From contig CAIXNN010000036.1 of assembly GCA_903920865.1 (NCBI GenBank), positions 27,165-91,164 of the forward strand: DNA of 64,000 nucleotides. The letters are read 5' to 3'. Of this stretch, positions 18,918 through 28,017 are shown one piece after another. Every line of letters starts with the position of its first letter. The stretch's first letter is position 1. The notes under the pieces are model-generated. The model was not told where the DNA came from. It saw only the letters and a program-made list of their open reading frames with translations, and ran no database searches. A program made the translations under genes and the position numbers. The DNA comes from an uncultured Actinomycetes bacterium. GTDB taxonomy: Bacteria; Actinomycetota; Actinomycetes; UBA12327.

Positions 18918-19328
18918 TCAGGCAGCACCAAAGAGTTCAGCGATAGTTCGATCAAGATCGTTATCTAGGACTGCATCTTCGCGACCACGCTCAACAATGG
19001 TGTTCGTCTTATCAAGAAACCGTGCCAGGTCAACCACGTCAATGGCGAAGTGTGCAGTGCCACCAGGGGTGTGAAGGAGAAGGTGTACACCATCCTCATG
19101 TGGCTCTACGTGAACATCGCCATCGCCCACGGGGGTCTTCATCCCGTCCCACAGGAGGTCGCGCGCAATAGTCCAACGAACTCCGTGGTCGGCGGCCATA
19201 AAGGTCATGGTCACGGCAAGTGGATCCTCACCGGCATAGGCCACTTTGGTGCGAACAGGTAGAGCTGGTTCGTTGTCAACAACGAGCAGGACATCTAAGT
19301 CTTGGCTCAGGCTGGCTTGCGTACTCAT
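18918..19328 (-). CDS. ssgB: SsgA-like protein (SsgB-type cell-division/sporulation family)
   Basis: 136 aa. The pattern LLVVDNEPALPV...DPLAVTMTF...WTIARDLLWDGM...GDGDVHVEP...HLLLHTPGGTAHF parallels SsgB of Streptomyces, recalled from memory. Confidence 0.65.
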   Translation of the reverse strand: MSTQASLSQDLDVLLVVDNEPALPVRTKVAYAGEDPLAVTMTFMAADHGVRWTIARDLLWDGMKTPVGDGDVHVEPHEDGVHLLLHTPGGTAHFAIDVVDLARFLDKTNTIVERGREDAVLDNDLDRTIAELFGAA

Positions 19329-19418
19329 GTCCCCTCCTTAGGGCGTTCACCGCGGTCACGGTGTCTCAAAGTCCTTATTCCCCAATCGGCACGGTTTATG
19401 CAGTGCAACAATAAAAAA

Positions 19419-19853
19419 ATGGAAAATTTTGAATCCGAGTCGATAAAGGCACAAAGGGACCGCAAAAAGTACCTGCGGCCTGGCTGGTTAGAGGCCCTGC
19501 GACTCAAGATTGCCCGAAACCGGGTGCTCGAGATCGTTTACCGAGTAGCGGTTTTGGTCGTGGGTTTGGCGATCTTGCTTGCCGGCCTTGCGATGCTGAT
19601 CCTGCCTGGACCGGGCTGGGCGGCCATTGTGTTGGGATTGTTGGTGCTTGCTACCGAGTTTGTCTGGGCAGAGGTCTTATTGGAACCTTTGCAGCGTTTC
19701 ATTCAATGGCTAGCTAGGCGGGCCAAGGACCCCAGGGCTCGCGCACAAAACATTGTCTTTGTCGCCTTGGTGCTGGTATCCCTAGCCTTGGGCCTGTGGT
19801 GGTACCTGAATCGCTACGGCCTCACGCTTGAGCCGCTTCCCTTTTTCAACTAA
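19419..19853 (+). CDS. PGPGW-motif small membrane protein
   Basis: Start taken at ATG 19419 (MENFES...). Two hydrophobic helices with LILPGPGWAAIV between them. Confidence 0.6.
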   Translation: MENFESESIKAQRDRKKYLRPGWLEALRLKIARNRVLEIVYRVAVLVVGLAILLAGLAMLILPGPGWAAIVLGLLVLATEFVWAEVLLEPLQRFIQWLARRAKDPRARAQNIVFVALVLVSLALGLWWYLNRYGLTLEPLPFFN

Positions 19854-19908
19854 GCGTTGCCCGATTGGCGAACTTCTGCTTGCGCTAACATCAGCAATCC
19901 GCATTAGC

Positions 19909-19983
19909 GGGCGATTGGCGCAGTGGTAGCGCGCTTCGTTCACACCGAAGAGGTCACTGGTTCGAACCCAGTATCGCCCACCA
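19909..19983 (+). tRNA. tRNA-Val (anticodon CAC), CCA encoded
   Basis: Acceptor GGGCGAU/AUCGCCC, anticodon loop UUCACAC, T-loop GGUUCGAACCC, ACCA 3' end. The spurious ORF 19923-20156 covers it. Confidence 0.85.
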
Positions 19984-20080
19984 TTACAGCCATGTGTACC
20001 AAGGCTTGTCGCACCTTGAAACCATTCGCACCATGGGGAAGTCTGACTAAATTAAACGGCGGGAACTCGCGGCTTAGCTC

Positions 20081-22273
20081 CTACACCGCTGAAGCTTTCG
20101 CGCGGGCCTGCGCGGCAAGTGCTGCGCAGTGCGGGCAGTTATCGCCGCGCACATGAATATCCACGGGGCGAGGAGTCCACGATCCGTCGGCACCGTTTTC
20201 GCACGCCAGACAGCGCGCCGCAGTTGGGGTGTCATCGCTCTTGGGGTTTGCCAGCCACGTGAACGCCCCGTCGAGTGGGTCCTCTTTCGGCGTTGGTTGC
20301 CGCGCGCGCGAGACCAGATCGGCCACGACCGCAGCATTTTGAAGCGTGGTGATATCGCCCAAATCTCGACCTTCGCTGATGTCGCGCAGAAGACGTCTCA
20401 TGATCTTGCCCGAACCGGTCTTGGGCAGTTCATCGGTGATCACAATGGAGGACGGCCTGGCAAAGCGACCGATCCGACCGGCCACGTGATCGCGCAGTTC
20501 GGTGATCAATTCATCGCTTGGTTCAACCGAGTTCTTGAGCGTGACGAAAGCCGCGATTGACTGACCCGTCATTGGATCTGCACGACCAACTACCGCCGCC
20601 TCTGCCACCGCGTGGTGATCTAGAAGAGCGGCTTCGAGCTCAACGGTTGAGAGGCGATGGCCTGACACGTTCATCACGTCGTCGATGCGACCGACAACCC
20701 AGATGTAGTCATCGTCATCACGCCTTGATCCGTCGCCGGCTAGGTATCGCCCTGGGTATTGCGACCAGTAGGTCTTCAGATAGCGCTCGTCGTCACCCCA
20801 CAGCGTTCGCATCATCGCTGGCCATGGGCCATCAAGCATGAGCAAACCGCCCTGGCCTGATTCGACACTTGTGCCATCCTCATTGATGACGTCTGCGCGG
20901 ATGCCCGGCAGCGGGAATGTGGCTGAACCAGGCTTGAGTGGAACCGCCCCTGGAAGCGGAGCGATCATGATCATGCCGGTTTCGGTTTGCCACCACGTGT
21001 CGACAATGGGACAGCGCCCACCGCCGACGTTGGTGTAATACCAGTCCCAGGCTTCGGGCTTGATCGGCTCACCCACCGAACCCAGCAGACGCAGTGACGT
21101 GAGGTCGTGCTTCTGGAGGTGTTCAACCCCCCACTTCATGAAGGTGTGGATAGCAGTAGGCGCGGTGTACAGGATCGTCACGCCGTAGCGCTCGATGATG
21201 CTCCAAACGCGATCTTTGTCCGGTGTGCCAGGTGCGCCTTCGTACATGACTCCTGTGGTGCCGTTGGCTAGCGGGCCGTAAACGATGTAACTGTGACCGG
21301 TAATCCAACCGATGTCGGCCGCACACCAGTAAATGTCATCACTATGGATGTCGAAGACCTGGCGATGAGTCGTGGAGACACCGACGAGATATCCGCCGGT
21401 GGTGTGCAAGATGCCTTTGGGCTTTCCAGTGGTGCCGGAGGTGTAGAGCACGAAGAGGGGATCTTCGGCATCCATCGGTTCGGGATCACAGGTGTCAGGC
21501 TGGTTCGCAACGAGCTCGTGGTACCAGTGATCGCGTCCATCAACCCACTCAACGGGGCTGCCCGTTCGTCGAGTGACAACGACGTTGGTCACTGAAGGAC
21601 AGGTCAGGAGCGCTTCGTCAACTGGCCCCTTGAGCGCAATTGAGCGGCCGTGCCGCCACGACTCGTCCTGCGTGATGACTGTGGTGCAGACCAGGTCGTT
21701 GATCCGGTCAGCGATTGCGGTGGGACTGAATCCAGCGAAGACGACGGTGTGAGGTGCCCCGATGCGTGCGCAGGCCAGCATGGCAACCGGTAGTTCAGGG
21801 ACCATGCCCATGTAGATCGCCACGGGGTCGCCCTTGCGAACGCCCAATTCCCGCAGCGCGTTGGCCATGCGACAGACGCGAGCATGCAGGTCCAGGAAAG
21901 TGATCGACTCGGTTTCGCCGGGCTCACCTTCCCAAAAGTAAGCAACCTGGTCACCCTTGGTGGGAAGGTGACGATCAAGGCAGTTCACCGACACGTTCAA
22001 TTTTCCATCGACAAACCACTTGTAGAACGGAGCATTGGAGTCATCGAGCACCTGAGTCCAAGGAGATATCCAGTCGATGCTTTGAGCCTGTTCGGCCCAG
22101 TAGCCCGTGAGGTCCTGTTCGGCCTGCTTGTAGAGCGAGCGGTCGGTGATCGCCGAGTGGGAGACGAACTCGGCCGAGGGCGCAAACATGTGATCATCGG
22201 TTTGGATGACTTCGATCAGTGGACCGCTTTGCGTTGTCAAATCTGGCGCATCGGAGCCGGGCCTTTCAGCCAT
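20081..22273 (-). CDS. acs: Acetyl-CoA synthetase (AMP-forming) with a ~70-aa C-terminal Cys-containing extension
   Basis: AMP-binding core (YTSGTTGKPKG, PKTGSGKIMRR with the conserved regulatory Lys). After LGDITTLQNAAVVADLV the ORF continues ~72 aa with CLACENG...(21 aa)...CPHC. Confidence 0.9.
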   Translation of the reverse strand: MAERPGSDAPDLTTQSGPLIEVIQTDDHMFAPSAEFVSHSAITDRSLYKQAEQDLTGYWAEQAQSIDWISPWTQVLDDSNAPFYKWFVDGKLNVSVNCLDRHLPTKGDQVAYFWEGEPGETESITFLDLHARVCRMANALRELGVRKGDPVAIYMGMVPELPVAMLACARIGAPHTVVFAGFSPTAIADRINDLVCTTVITQDESWRHGRSIALKGPVDEALLTCPSVTNVVVTRRTGSPVEWVDGRDHWYHELVANQPDTCDPEPMDAEDPLFVLYTSGTTGKPKGILHTTGGYLVGVSTTHRQVFDIHSDDIYWCAADIGWITGHSYIVYGPLANGTTGVMYEGAPGTPDKDRVWSIIERYGVTILYTAPTAIHTFMKWGVEHLQKHDLTSLRLLGSVGEPIKPEAWDWYYTNVGGGRCPIVDTWWQTETGMIMIAPLPGAVPLKPGSATFPLPGIRADVINEDGTSVESGQGGLLMLDGPWPAMMRTLWGDDERYLKTYWSQYPGRYLAGDGSRRDDDDYIWVVGRIDDVMNVSGHRLSTVELEAALLDHHAVAEAAVVGRADPMTGQSIAAFVTLKNSVEPSDELITELRDHVAGRIGRFARPSSIVITDELPKTGSGKIMRRLLRDISEGRDLGDITTLQNAAVVADLVSRARQPTPKEDPLDGAFTWLANPKSDDTPTAARCLACENGADGSWTPRPVDIHVRGDNCPHCAALAAQARAKASAV

Positions 22274-22377
22274 CAGTTACCTCGTAGGGTCATCGTTCCC
22301 GTACGAGAGACCGTCCGGCTCTCCCGTTGATTCTCATTCAATCGGAAATGCAAGGACGGCGCAAGCAGGTTGGCAAT

Positions 22378-23073
22378 CTACGACGATGTTGAGGAAACTG
22401 CTCGAGCGATAAGTACCGTCAGCATGCTCACGGCTAACAGCACTTGGAATGCCATAACGAGTTTGCCCACGCGAGACATGATCGCCTCAGAGGTTGGCCC
22501 ATAGGTTGAGTTGACGTTGAGGGAAATAAATAAGTAGTCAAGGAAGTTTGGTGTGGGCGGCTTTTCGCCTTCGCGCGCGGGCCAGACGAATGCTCCACCC
22601 GGGGTGGTGACGTCAATAAAGATGTAGACGAACGTAAAGACCAGCACGCTCATCAGGTAGACGAGGCCGACGTCCCACAAAGAGGTGAGTCCGCCACCTT
22701 GATGGGCGTTGGCGGTTCCCAACATGGAGATCACGTTAAGCACAACCTGGAAAACGGCGTATGCCAAGTAAACGGCAATGAATTTCGACAACGTGACAAA
22801 TTTGTCAGCCAGAATCGCGTAGATCATGATGCAGCTCGAAATGACGAAAAGGAACGTCCCGAAGAGTTCAAGGTTGTCGAAAAGCTTCAGCTCTGAGGTG
22901 ATGTAGCCACCATGAATCAAGTGTCGAGTCAGCAACGTATGGAGAAACCAAATCAGAACCAAGGCGCCAACAAGTCCAAAGCGGCCTTTGCCGTGGTGCA
23001 GTTGAGCCCAAAATTCTTGTGCGGGTGCTAACTCGGAGGTCATGGCAGCGCTGTCGTCTTTATCGTGTTCCAC
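22378..23073 (-). CDS. Hypothetical integral membrane protein
   Basis: 231 aa with about 5-6 hydrophobic segments. Lower-GC codon usage than its neighbours, judged by eye. Family not assigned. Confidence 0.5.
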   Translation of the reverse strand: MEHDKDDSAAMTSELAPAQEFWAQLHHGKGRFGLVGALVLIWFLHTLLTRHLIHGGYITSELKLFDNLELFGTFLFVISSCIMIYAILADKFVTLSKFIAVYLAYAVFQVVLNVISMLGTANAHQGGGLTSLWDVGLVYLMSVLVFTFVYIFIDVTTPGGAFVWPAREGEKPPTPNFLDYLFISLNVNSTYGPTSEAIMSRVGKLVMAFQVLLAVSMLTVLIARAVSSTSS

Positions 23074-23141
23074 CTCCTCAGCCTAGGGCTTTTGTGTCAG
23101 GTAGGCAGGGCTTCGAGGTGCCACCCGCCAAATCTTGCGCT

Positions 23142-24368
23142 CTAGAGCCTGGCTACAAAGTCAAAACTGTCGCGCTTGTAGCGCTTGAGGAAGCGGCTGC
23201 AGCCTTCTTGAATATTGGGATCCAACTTGGCGCAGATCGGGTCGCCATTGGATGCATGCCGAAAGTAGAAGCCGGCCACCCACCAGTTATTCATGTCCAA
23301 AACCATGGCCCGCTTAACACCTGCGTTGACCATCGTGTTGGCCATGCCTTGCGCACTTAAGCCGGGTGAACCGATGTAGATGATGCTGCCGTCGGCTCGT
23401 TGGCCAATGGCCGACCGCCAAGCAAAGGTTTCGCCGTGGGTGGTGGCACCCCACTGGAAGCTGTTTCCTGATTGAACTCGAGACGATCCGCCATCAATGA
23501 TCAAGGCCAAATTTTGTCGAGCGATCTCAACGTCTTTGGTCATGTTGACATCGCGTCCCCACTTACCGATCTTGATGGATCCATCGTTGTAAATCACCGC
23601 TGTTGCTTTACCTGAAACCAGAGGCCGCACCGTGGTGCCTTTGTAGTAGTACCCGCCACGGGTGTCATCGAGGCGAAAGGCGCCGTTGAAGTTCGCCAGC
23701 ACGCGAGATTGAAGGGATTTGCTCAATGCGCCGTTGGTAGGTGAGGGGCCACCGGGCTCTATGTAGCCGGGAACAAAGACTGCCTTGGCCAGATCAGTGT
23801 TGATCCACATCAGTGAGGCAAAAACCGAGGTGTGAATGTTGTCGGCACGAACTCGTGTCACATAGATCGCCGGTTTTCCGTTAACCGTCGAGCCAACGGG
23901 CACCCATGCCCCTTCACCCTTGAGTTTTTTTGACACCGGGGAGTCGACGGTGGCTGGGGGAGCAAGGTTTGTGGTGGCCAGCGAGTCAAGGTTCGAGCTC
24001 AAGGAAGAAGTTTGACTGGCTTGTGTCGATTGATCATTAGATGCACGAGTTGATTTTTGGCTTGATGCGGTCGCTCCGGGCTGCGTTGGCTCTGGAGTCG
24101 GGTCGGTCGTGGCCGCCGGTGATTGGACTTCGTTAAAACCTGGAACAGCGGTAGGTGATCCACCAACCGGCACCTTATTGATGTGGGCGTAATAGAAATC
24201 TTCTGCCTTCGCCACAACCGGACCTAAGTGGTGGTCGCGACCCCATTCGGCCAGGAGGACATTTTTCGGTTCGCCTTCAGAGTTTTGCACATAGCTAGAA
24301 AACGATGCAACAAAGCCGATGGCCGCAAGTGCTGCAATCCCAAGAATTGCGAAGACGATTCGTTTCAC
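23142..24368 (-). CDS. Phosphodiester glycosidase-family protein (NAGPA-like), N-terminal signal/anchor
   Basis: 408 aa. N-terminal hydrophobic helix, Thr/Pro/Ser-rich linker, then the domain with ANFNGAFRLDDTRGGYYYKGT...WRSAIGQRADGSIIYIGSPGLSA...AMVLDMNNWW. Paralogous to 25376-26569. Confidence 0.7.
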   Translation of the reverse strand: MKRIVFAILGIAALAAIGFVASFSSYVQNSEGEPKNVLLAEWGRDHHLGPVVAKAEDFYYAHINKVPVGGSPTAVPGFNEVQSPAATTDPTPEPTQPGATASSQKSTRASNDQSTQASQTSSLSSNLDSLATTNLAPPATVDSPVSKKLKGEGAWVPVGSTVNGKPAIYVTRVRADNIHTSVFASLMWINTDLAKAVFVPGYIEPGGPSPTNGALSKSLQSRVLANFNGAFRLDDTRGGYYYKGTTVRPLVSGKATAVIYNDGSIKIGKWGRDVNMTKDVEIARQNLALIIDGGSSRVQSGNSFQWGATTHGETFAWRSAIGQRADGSIIYIGSPGLSAQGMANTMVNAGVKRAMVLDMNNWWVAGFYFRHASNGDPICAKLDPNIQEGCSRFLKRYKRDSFDFVARL

Positions 24369-24371
24369 TAG

Positions 24372-25364
24372 CTACACCTGATAAATCTCTCCGGTTGTCT
24401 TATCAATGCTTACTTTGATCGCACTAAGTGGCGATGGTGCTGGTCCACCTGTGACTTGGGCTCCATGAGCTGGGTCGTAGGTGGCGCCATGACAGGGACA
24501 AATGAGTTGTTTGGAGCTCGGATCAAAATCCACGCTACAGCCCGCATGCGTGCAAACTCGTGAGTACGCCGCAACCGCGCCGCCACCTAAGCTGACGACC
24601 ACCGCCGGACTTCCGTTCGCATCTTGAAATCCAACAGCTCCTTGGCTCTGTACATCGGCAAGGCTTGCCACCACGGTGCCATTGGGCTGGTTGGCGCCTG
24701 AGGCCTTCTTAGCGGACGCCCTTTTAGTTGTTACCTTCTCTGGAGGTTTGCCCAAGGCAGAGGCGATTCCCCCGACCACAAGAGAAATCGCGATGATGAC
24801 ACCGCCACCGAGTAATTGGCGTCGATCGGTAAGCGATTGCTGAAGTGTGGGCGCTGTCTTGTTCTTTGCTCGTTCTTTAGTGGTGGTCGTCGGTTGTTTT
24901 GAAATCAAAGCAAGCACCATAGGAAAGGAGACGAGGTAGGCAAGCCAGGCGATCGTGTAGATCGAATCCGAACCGAGGAAGTAAGGACGAACATGCCAGG
25001 TTGCCGAAAGCCAAAGAGTTAGAGATAAGCCCATCCCTAGAAGTGCGGCAAGTTCGGGCAGGATCCCAGCCAAGGTGGCAAGGCCAATGGCGATCTCGCT
25101 TAATGCGGTGCCAACTCCAGCAAGAACGGGAGCATGACCTGCGGCATGTAAGAACGGCGCGATTGGACTTCCCTTGGCGAAGTTGGACAGCTGTAATCCG
25201 ATGTAGCTGGCCGTACCGGATTTCAAGAATCCTGGGTCAGACAACTTTTGCCAGCCGGCGTAAACAAAGGTGCCTCCAAGCCAACCCCGCAAGATGCGGG
25301 CCGTCCAGGATTGCTGGGGCCAACTCAGCAACTGAACGGTTGGTGGACTTGTGGCGTTACTCAT
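24372..25364 (-). CDS. DoxX-like membrane domain fused to a C-terminal Rieske [2Fe-2S] domain
   Basis: N-terminal ~150 aa has 4 hydrophobic helices (DoxX/TQO-small-subunit-like). A DRRQLLGGGVIIAISLVV Tat-like motif plus helix follows. The C-terminus carries CTHAGCSV...(16)...CPCHGATYD, the Rieske boxes CxH and CxxH. Confidence 0.7.
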   Translation of the reverse strand: MSNATSPPTVQLLSWPQQSWTARILRGWLGGTFVYAGWQKLSDPGFLKSGTASYIGLQLSNFAKGSPIAPFLHAAGHAPVLAGVGTALSEIAIGLATLAGILPELAALLGMGLSLTLWLSATWHVRPYFLGSDSIYTIAWLAYLVSFPMVLALISKQPTTTTKERAKNKTAPTLQQSLTDRRQLLGGGVIIAISLVVGGIASALGKPPEKVTTKRASAKKASGANQPNGTVVASLADVQSQGAVGFQDANGSPAVVVSLGGGAVAAYSRVCTHAGCSVDFDPSSKQLICPCHGATYDPAHGAQVTGGPAPSPLSAIKVSIDKTTGEIYQV

Positions 25365-25375
25365 GAGGATTCCCC

Positions 25376-26569
25376 TTATTTTGAATAAACCGCGAAGAAG
25401 TCGCGACTTGTTGGTGTGAGGTAGCGATTGACGGGGCGTTCAAAGGGAACGAGTTTGTGTGGTTGCAACGAACCACCTCCGTCGGTGAAATACATGTAGG
25501 AGATCCACGCTTTGTTGATGTCCAATTGCATGCCGCGAACCGCACCCGCGTGTAACAGGAGCGTGGCTAGGCTCTTCACCGACAGGGCGTCGCCGGCAAC
25601 ATAAACGAGGTCACCGCGCTTGGTGATTCCAATGCCAGAGCGCCACACAAAGTAGGCACCGCCCAGAGTTGCGCCCCACTTGGATTCCACATTCTTAGTT
25701 AAGTCTGAAGTGACTTGTCCGTTTTCAATCAGTGGTTTCAAACTTTGACGAACCGAGACCACAGCTGGGCTCATGCGGACGTCTTTATCCCAGGATCCAA
25801 CATCGGCATGACCGTCCCGATAGACCACCAGAGATGCCGCTCCTGGTTGCAGAGTGCCAGCTGTTTTCCCATCCTGGTAGTAGCCACCTTTCGCGTCCTT
25901 GATCTTGAATCCGCCATTAAAGGTTGCGATCAGGTTTGATCCAGGAGCTGCAGAAACAAAATCGCGATTGGACCAACTGGAAACATTTCCTGGATCTTCA
26001 TGACCTGGGTGCTGTACAAGGGCTGTGTGAGTGTGATTGAGCCACACCACTCCCGCCAGATAGGACGAATGTTGATTGTCGGGGCGGAGGTAGGCGATAG
26101 CCGATGTGGGATCGCCATTGTGGCTAGTAACCGTGTGGAAGATGCCTTCACCAGAGACAACACCGCTGGCGAAGGGCCGTAGGCGAGTTGGGTAAAACGA
26201 AGTATGCGTAGGTGAGCTGCCGGAGGCTGAGTTACTTTGCGTCGCGGCTTGTTGCGGAAGTGCGTTGATGATTGATGTATCGGGAGCGCCACCGATTTTT
26301 GGAGGATGCAAGCGATAGAGAGCAGATTCTGCACCTGTAACGACAAAACCTAGTTGGTGATCACGGGCCCACTCAGCCAGCTTTGCGCTCGTGGGGTCAG
26401 CGCTGGGAGATCGCAGCGCATTGACCGGGCCGATGGCAACGAGCACCACGACCACGAGAGCAATGGTTCGCAGCAGCCGAGCAATCCTTTTTCGCTTGCC
26501 TGGTTTCGTTAACCGACGGTCTTGACCGAGGCTGCGGATAGGAGGTTGTTGAGCAGGTGCAGGAGTCAA
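25376..26569 (-). CDS. Phosphodiester glycosidase-family protein (NAGPA-like), paralog 2
   Basis: 397 aa. Basic N-terminus plus one TM helix. Domain motifs ATFNGGFKIKDAKGGYYQDGKT...WRSGIGITKRGDLVYVAGDALS...GMQLDINKAW parallel the 23142-24368 product. Confidence 0.7.
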   Translation of the reverse strand: MTPAPAQQPPIRSLGQDRRLTKPGKRKRIARLLRTIALVVVVLVAIGPVNALRSPSADPTSAKLAEWARDHQLGFVVTGAESALYRLHPPKIGGAPDTSIINALPQQAATQSNSASGSSPTHTSFYPTRLRPFASGVVSGEGIFHTVTSHNGDPTSAIAYLRPDNQHSSYLAGVVWLNHTHTALVQHPGHEDPGNVSSWSNRDFVSAAPGSNLIATFNGGFKIKDAKGGYYQDGKTAGTLQPGAASLVVYRDGHADVGSWDKDVRMSPAVVSVRQSLKPLIENGQVTSDLTKNVESKWGATLGGAYFVWRSGIGITKRGDLVYVAGDALSVKSLATLLLHAGAVRGMQLDINKAWISYMYFTDGGGSLQPHKLVPFERPVNRYLTPTSRDFFAVYSK

Positions 26570-26726
26570 CAGTGCTCCCGTCGGATTGAAGTGTTACGTG
26601 CGTTGGATTCCGCTTTGCGACCCTAACTTTAGGTCCGAGTCGATGAATCGCGCTCACCCAAATCACTCATTTAGGCTTGAGAGAGCCATTCATATGGCGT
26701 GCTTAGGTTGTGGTTAGCATTGGGGA

Positions 26727-28012
26727 ATGTCCTTGCCTCCTACATCAGTGCACTCGGGGCGAGTCGTTGTCTTGTCGGCCAGCATTGGCGATGGACACAA
26801 TAGGGCAGCTCGAGAGTTGGCCAGGCGATTAACCGCGCGAGGCCAAGACGTCGATGTTCTGGATTTTTTAGAGCTGCTTCCGCTCAAGCTCGGTTCCTTG
26901 CTTCGCCGAATCTATGCGCTCCAGTTGAGTATTTGCCCACGTTCCTATGGTTCGCTCTATGCCGGTCTGGAAGACAGTAGTCATGCGATAAGCGTCGTTC
27001 GCTGGATGTTGAGTCTGGGACGACGCCGGTTTCTCAAGGCGCGCAAGGATGTTCTGGCGTCGTAGTGACCTATCCGCTTGCCGGACAAGTCCTAGGCAAA
27101 CTGCGGTCACAATCCAAACTTGAAGTACCGCTGTGGATTTATCTGACGGACTTCTCAGTTCATCCTCTGTGGGTTGTTCCTGAGGCCGACATGCACTTGG
27201 TTTTGCATCAAGTTGTTGCCGATCAGGTGCATGCCTTGAGTGTGTTTGCAAAGGTTCGAGTCAGCGGAAGTTTAGTTTCGCCAGCTTTCACCCGTCGACC
27301 GGCTGACAAAGAGCCAAAGCACGAGCTTCGATCTTCCCTCGGGCTGCCTTTGAAGCAGCCGATTGCGCTCTTGGTCGCGGGTTCTTGGGGTGTGGGCAAA
27401 GTGGTCCAGACTGCGCAGGAAATTCTGGCCAGTGGCCGAGCTATACCGGTGGTCATGTGCGGTCGCAACGCTAAATTGGTAACCGATATTAAACGCCGAG
27501 GACTGGGCATCGCCATTGGGTGGACCAACGCCATGCATGACTATATGAACGCAGCTGATGTTCTTGTTCACAATGCCGGGGGAATGAGTTCGTTAGAGGG
27601 ACTGGCCAGCGGCCTTCCGGTCCTCAGCATGAATTGCTTACCAGGGCATGGCCAAGCAAATGCAGCGGCGATGGAATCGGCTGGGCTCGCTCGCCATGTA
27701 GATACAACCCTGGGATTTGCAGCGATCTTCGAACAGGTACTTGATAAGCCAGTCATCGCACCAAGATCACTATTTGGTGACGATCCCAGTGACGACGTGT
27801 GTGACTTTCTTGAACGCGATGCTCGGGCCAAGCCGCTGCACACGCAGCCAGTACAGCCGTCCCGCGGGATGCGTCGAAAGGTTGCGGTAGGCGCACTGGG
27901 TGTCACCTTGATTGCAGTTTTTGCTGTCAGTCCGATCGGAGTTGCGGTCGCTAAACCGATTTATCGATCCCACCCGAACTTGACACCGCATCCAAGTTTT
28001 AGGCATTGGTAA
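26727..28012 (+). pseudogene. UgtP/MGDG-synthase-like glycosyltransferase split by a frameshift into 112-aa and 315-aa ORFs
   Basis: ORF1 (26727-27065) carries the family N-terminus VVVLSASIGDGHNRAARELARRL. ORF2 starts at 27065 overlapping the ORF1 stop and continues in another frame with the rest of the family architecture (TYPLAGQVLGKL...WIYLTDFSVHPLWV...LLVAGSWG...HNAGGMSSLEGLASGLPVL). The junction DVLAS|TYPLAG fits a single indel. Confidence 0.6.
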
Positions 28013-28017
28013 TTTAG

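Noticed and set aside
19923-20156. 77-aa ORF overlapping tRNA-Val(CAC)
   Set aside because: Same artefact (…HTEEVTGSNPVSP…). It starts inside the tRNA.
22378-23073. Lower-GC membrane protein gene as a horizontally acquired island
   Set aside because: The lower GC is judged only by eye. A single gene without flanking repeats or mobility genes is too weak for an island call. It is kept as a plain hypothetical membrane protein.
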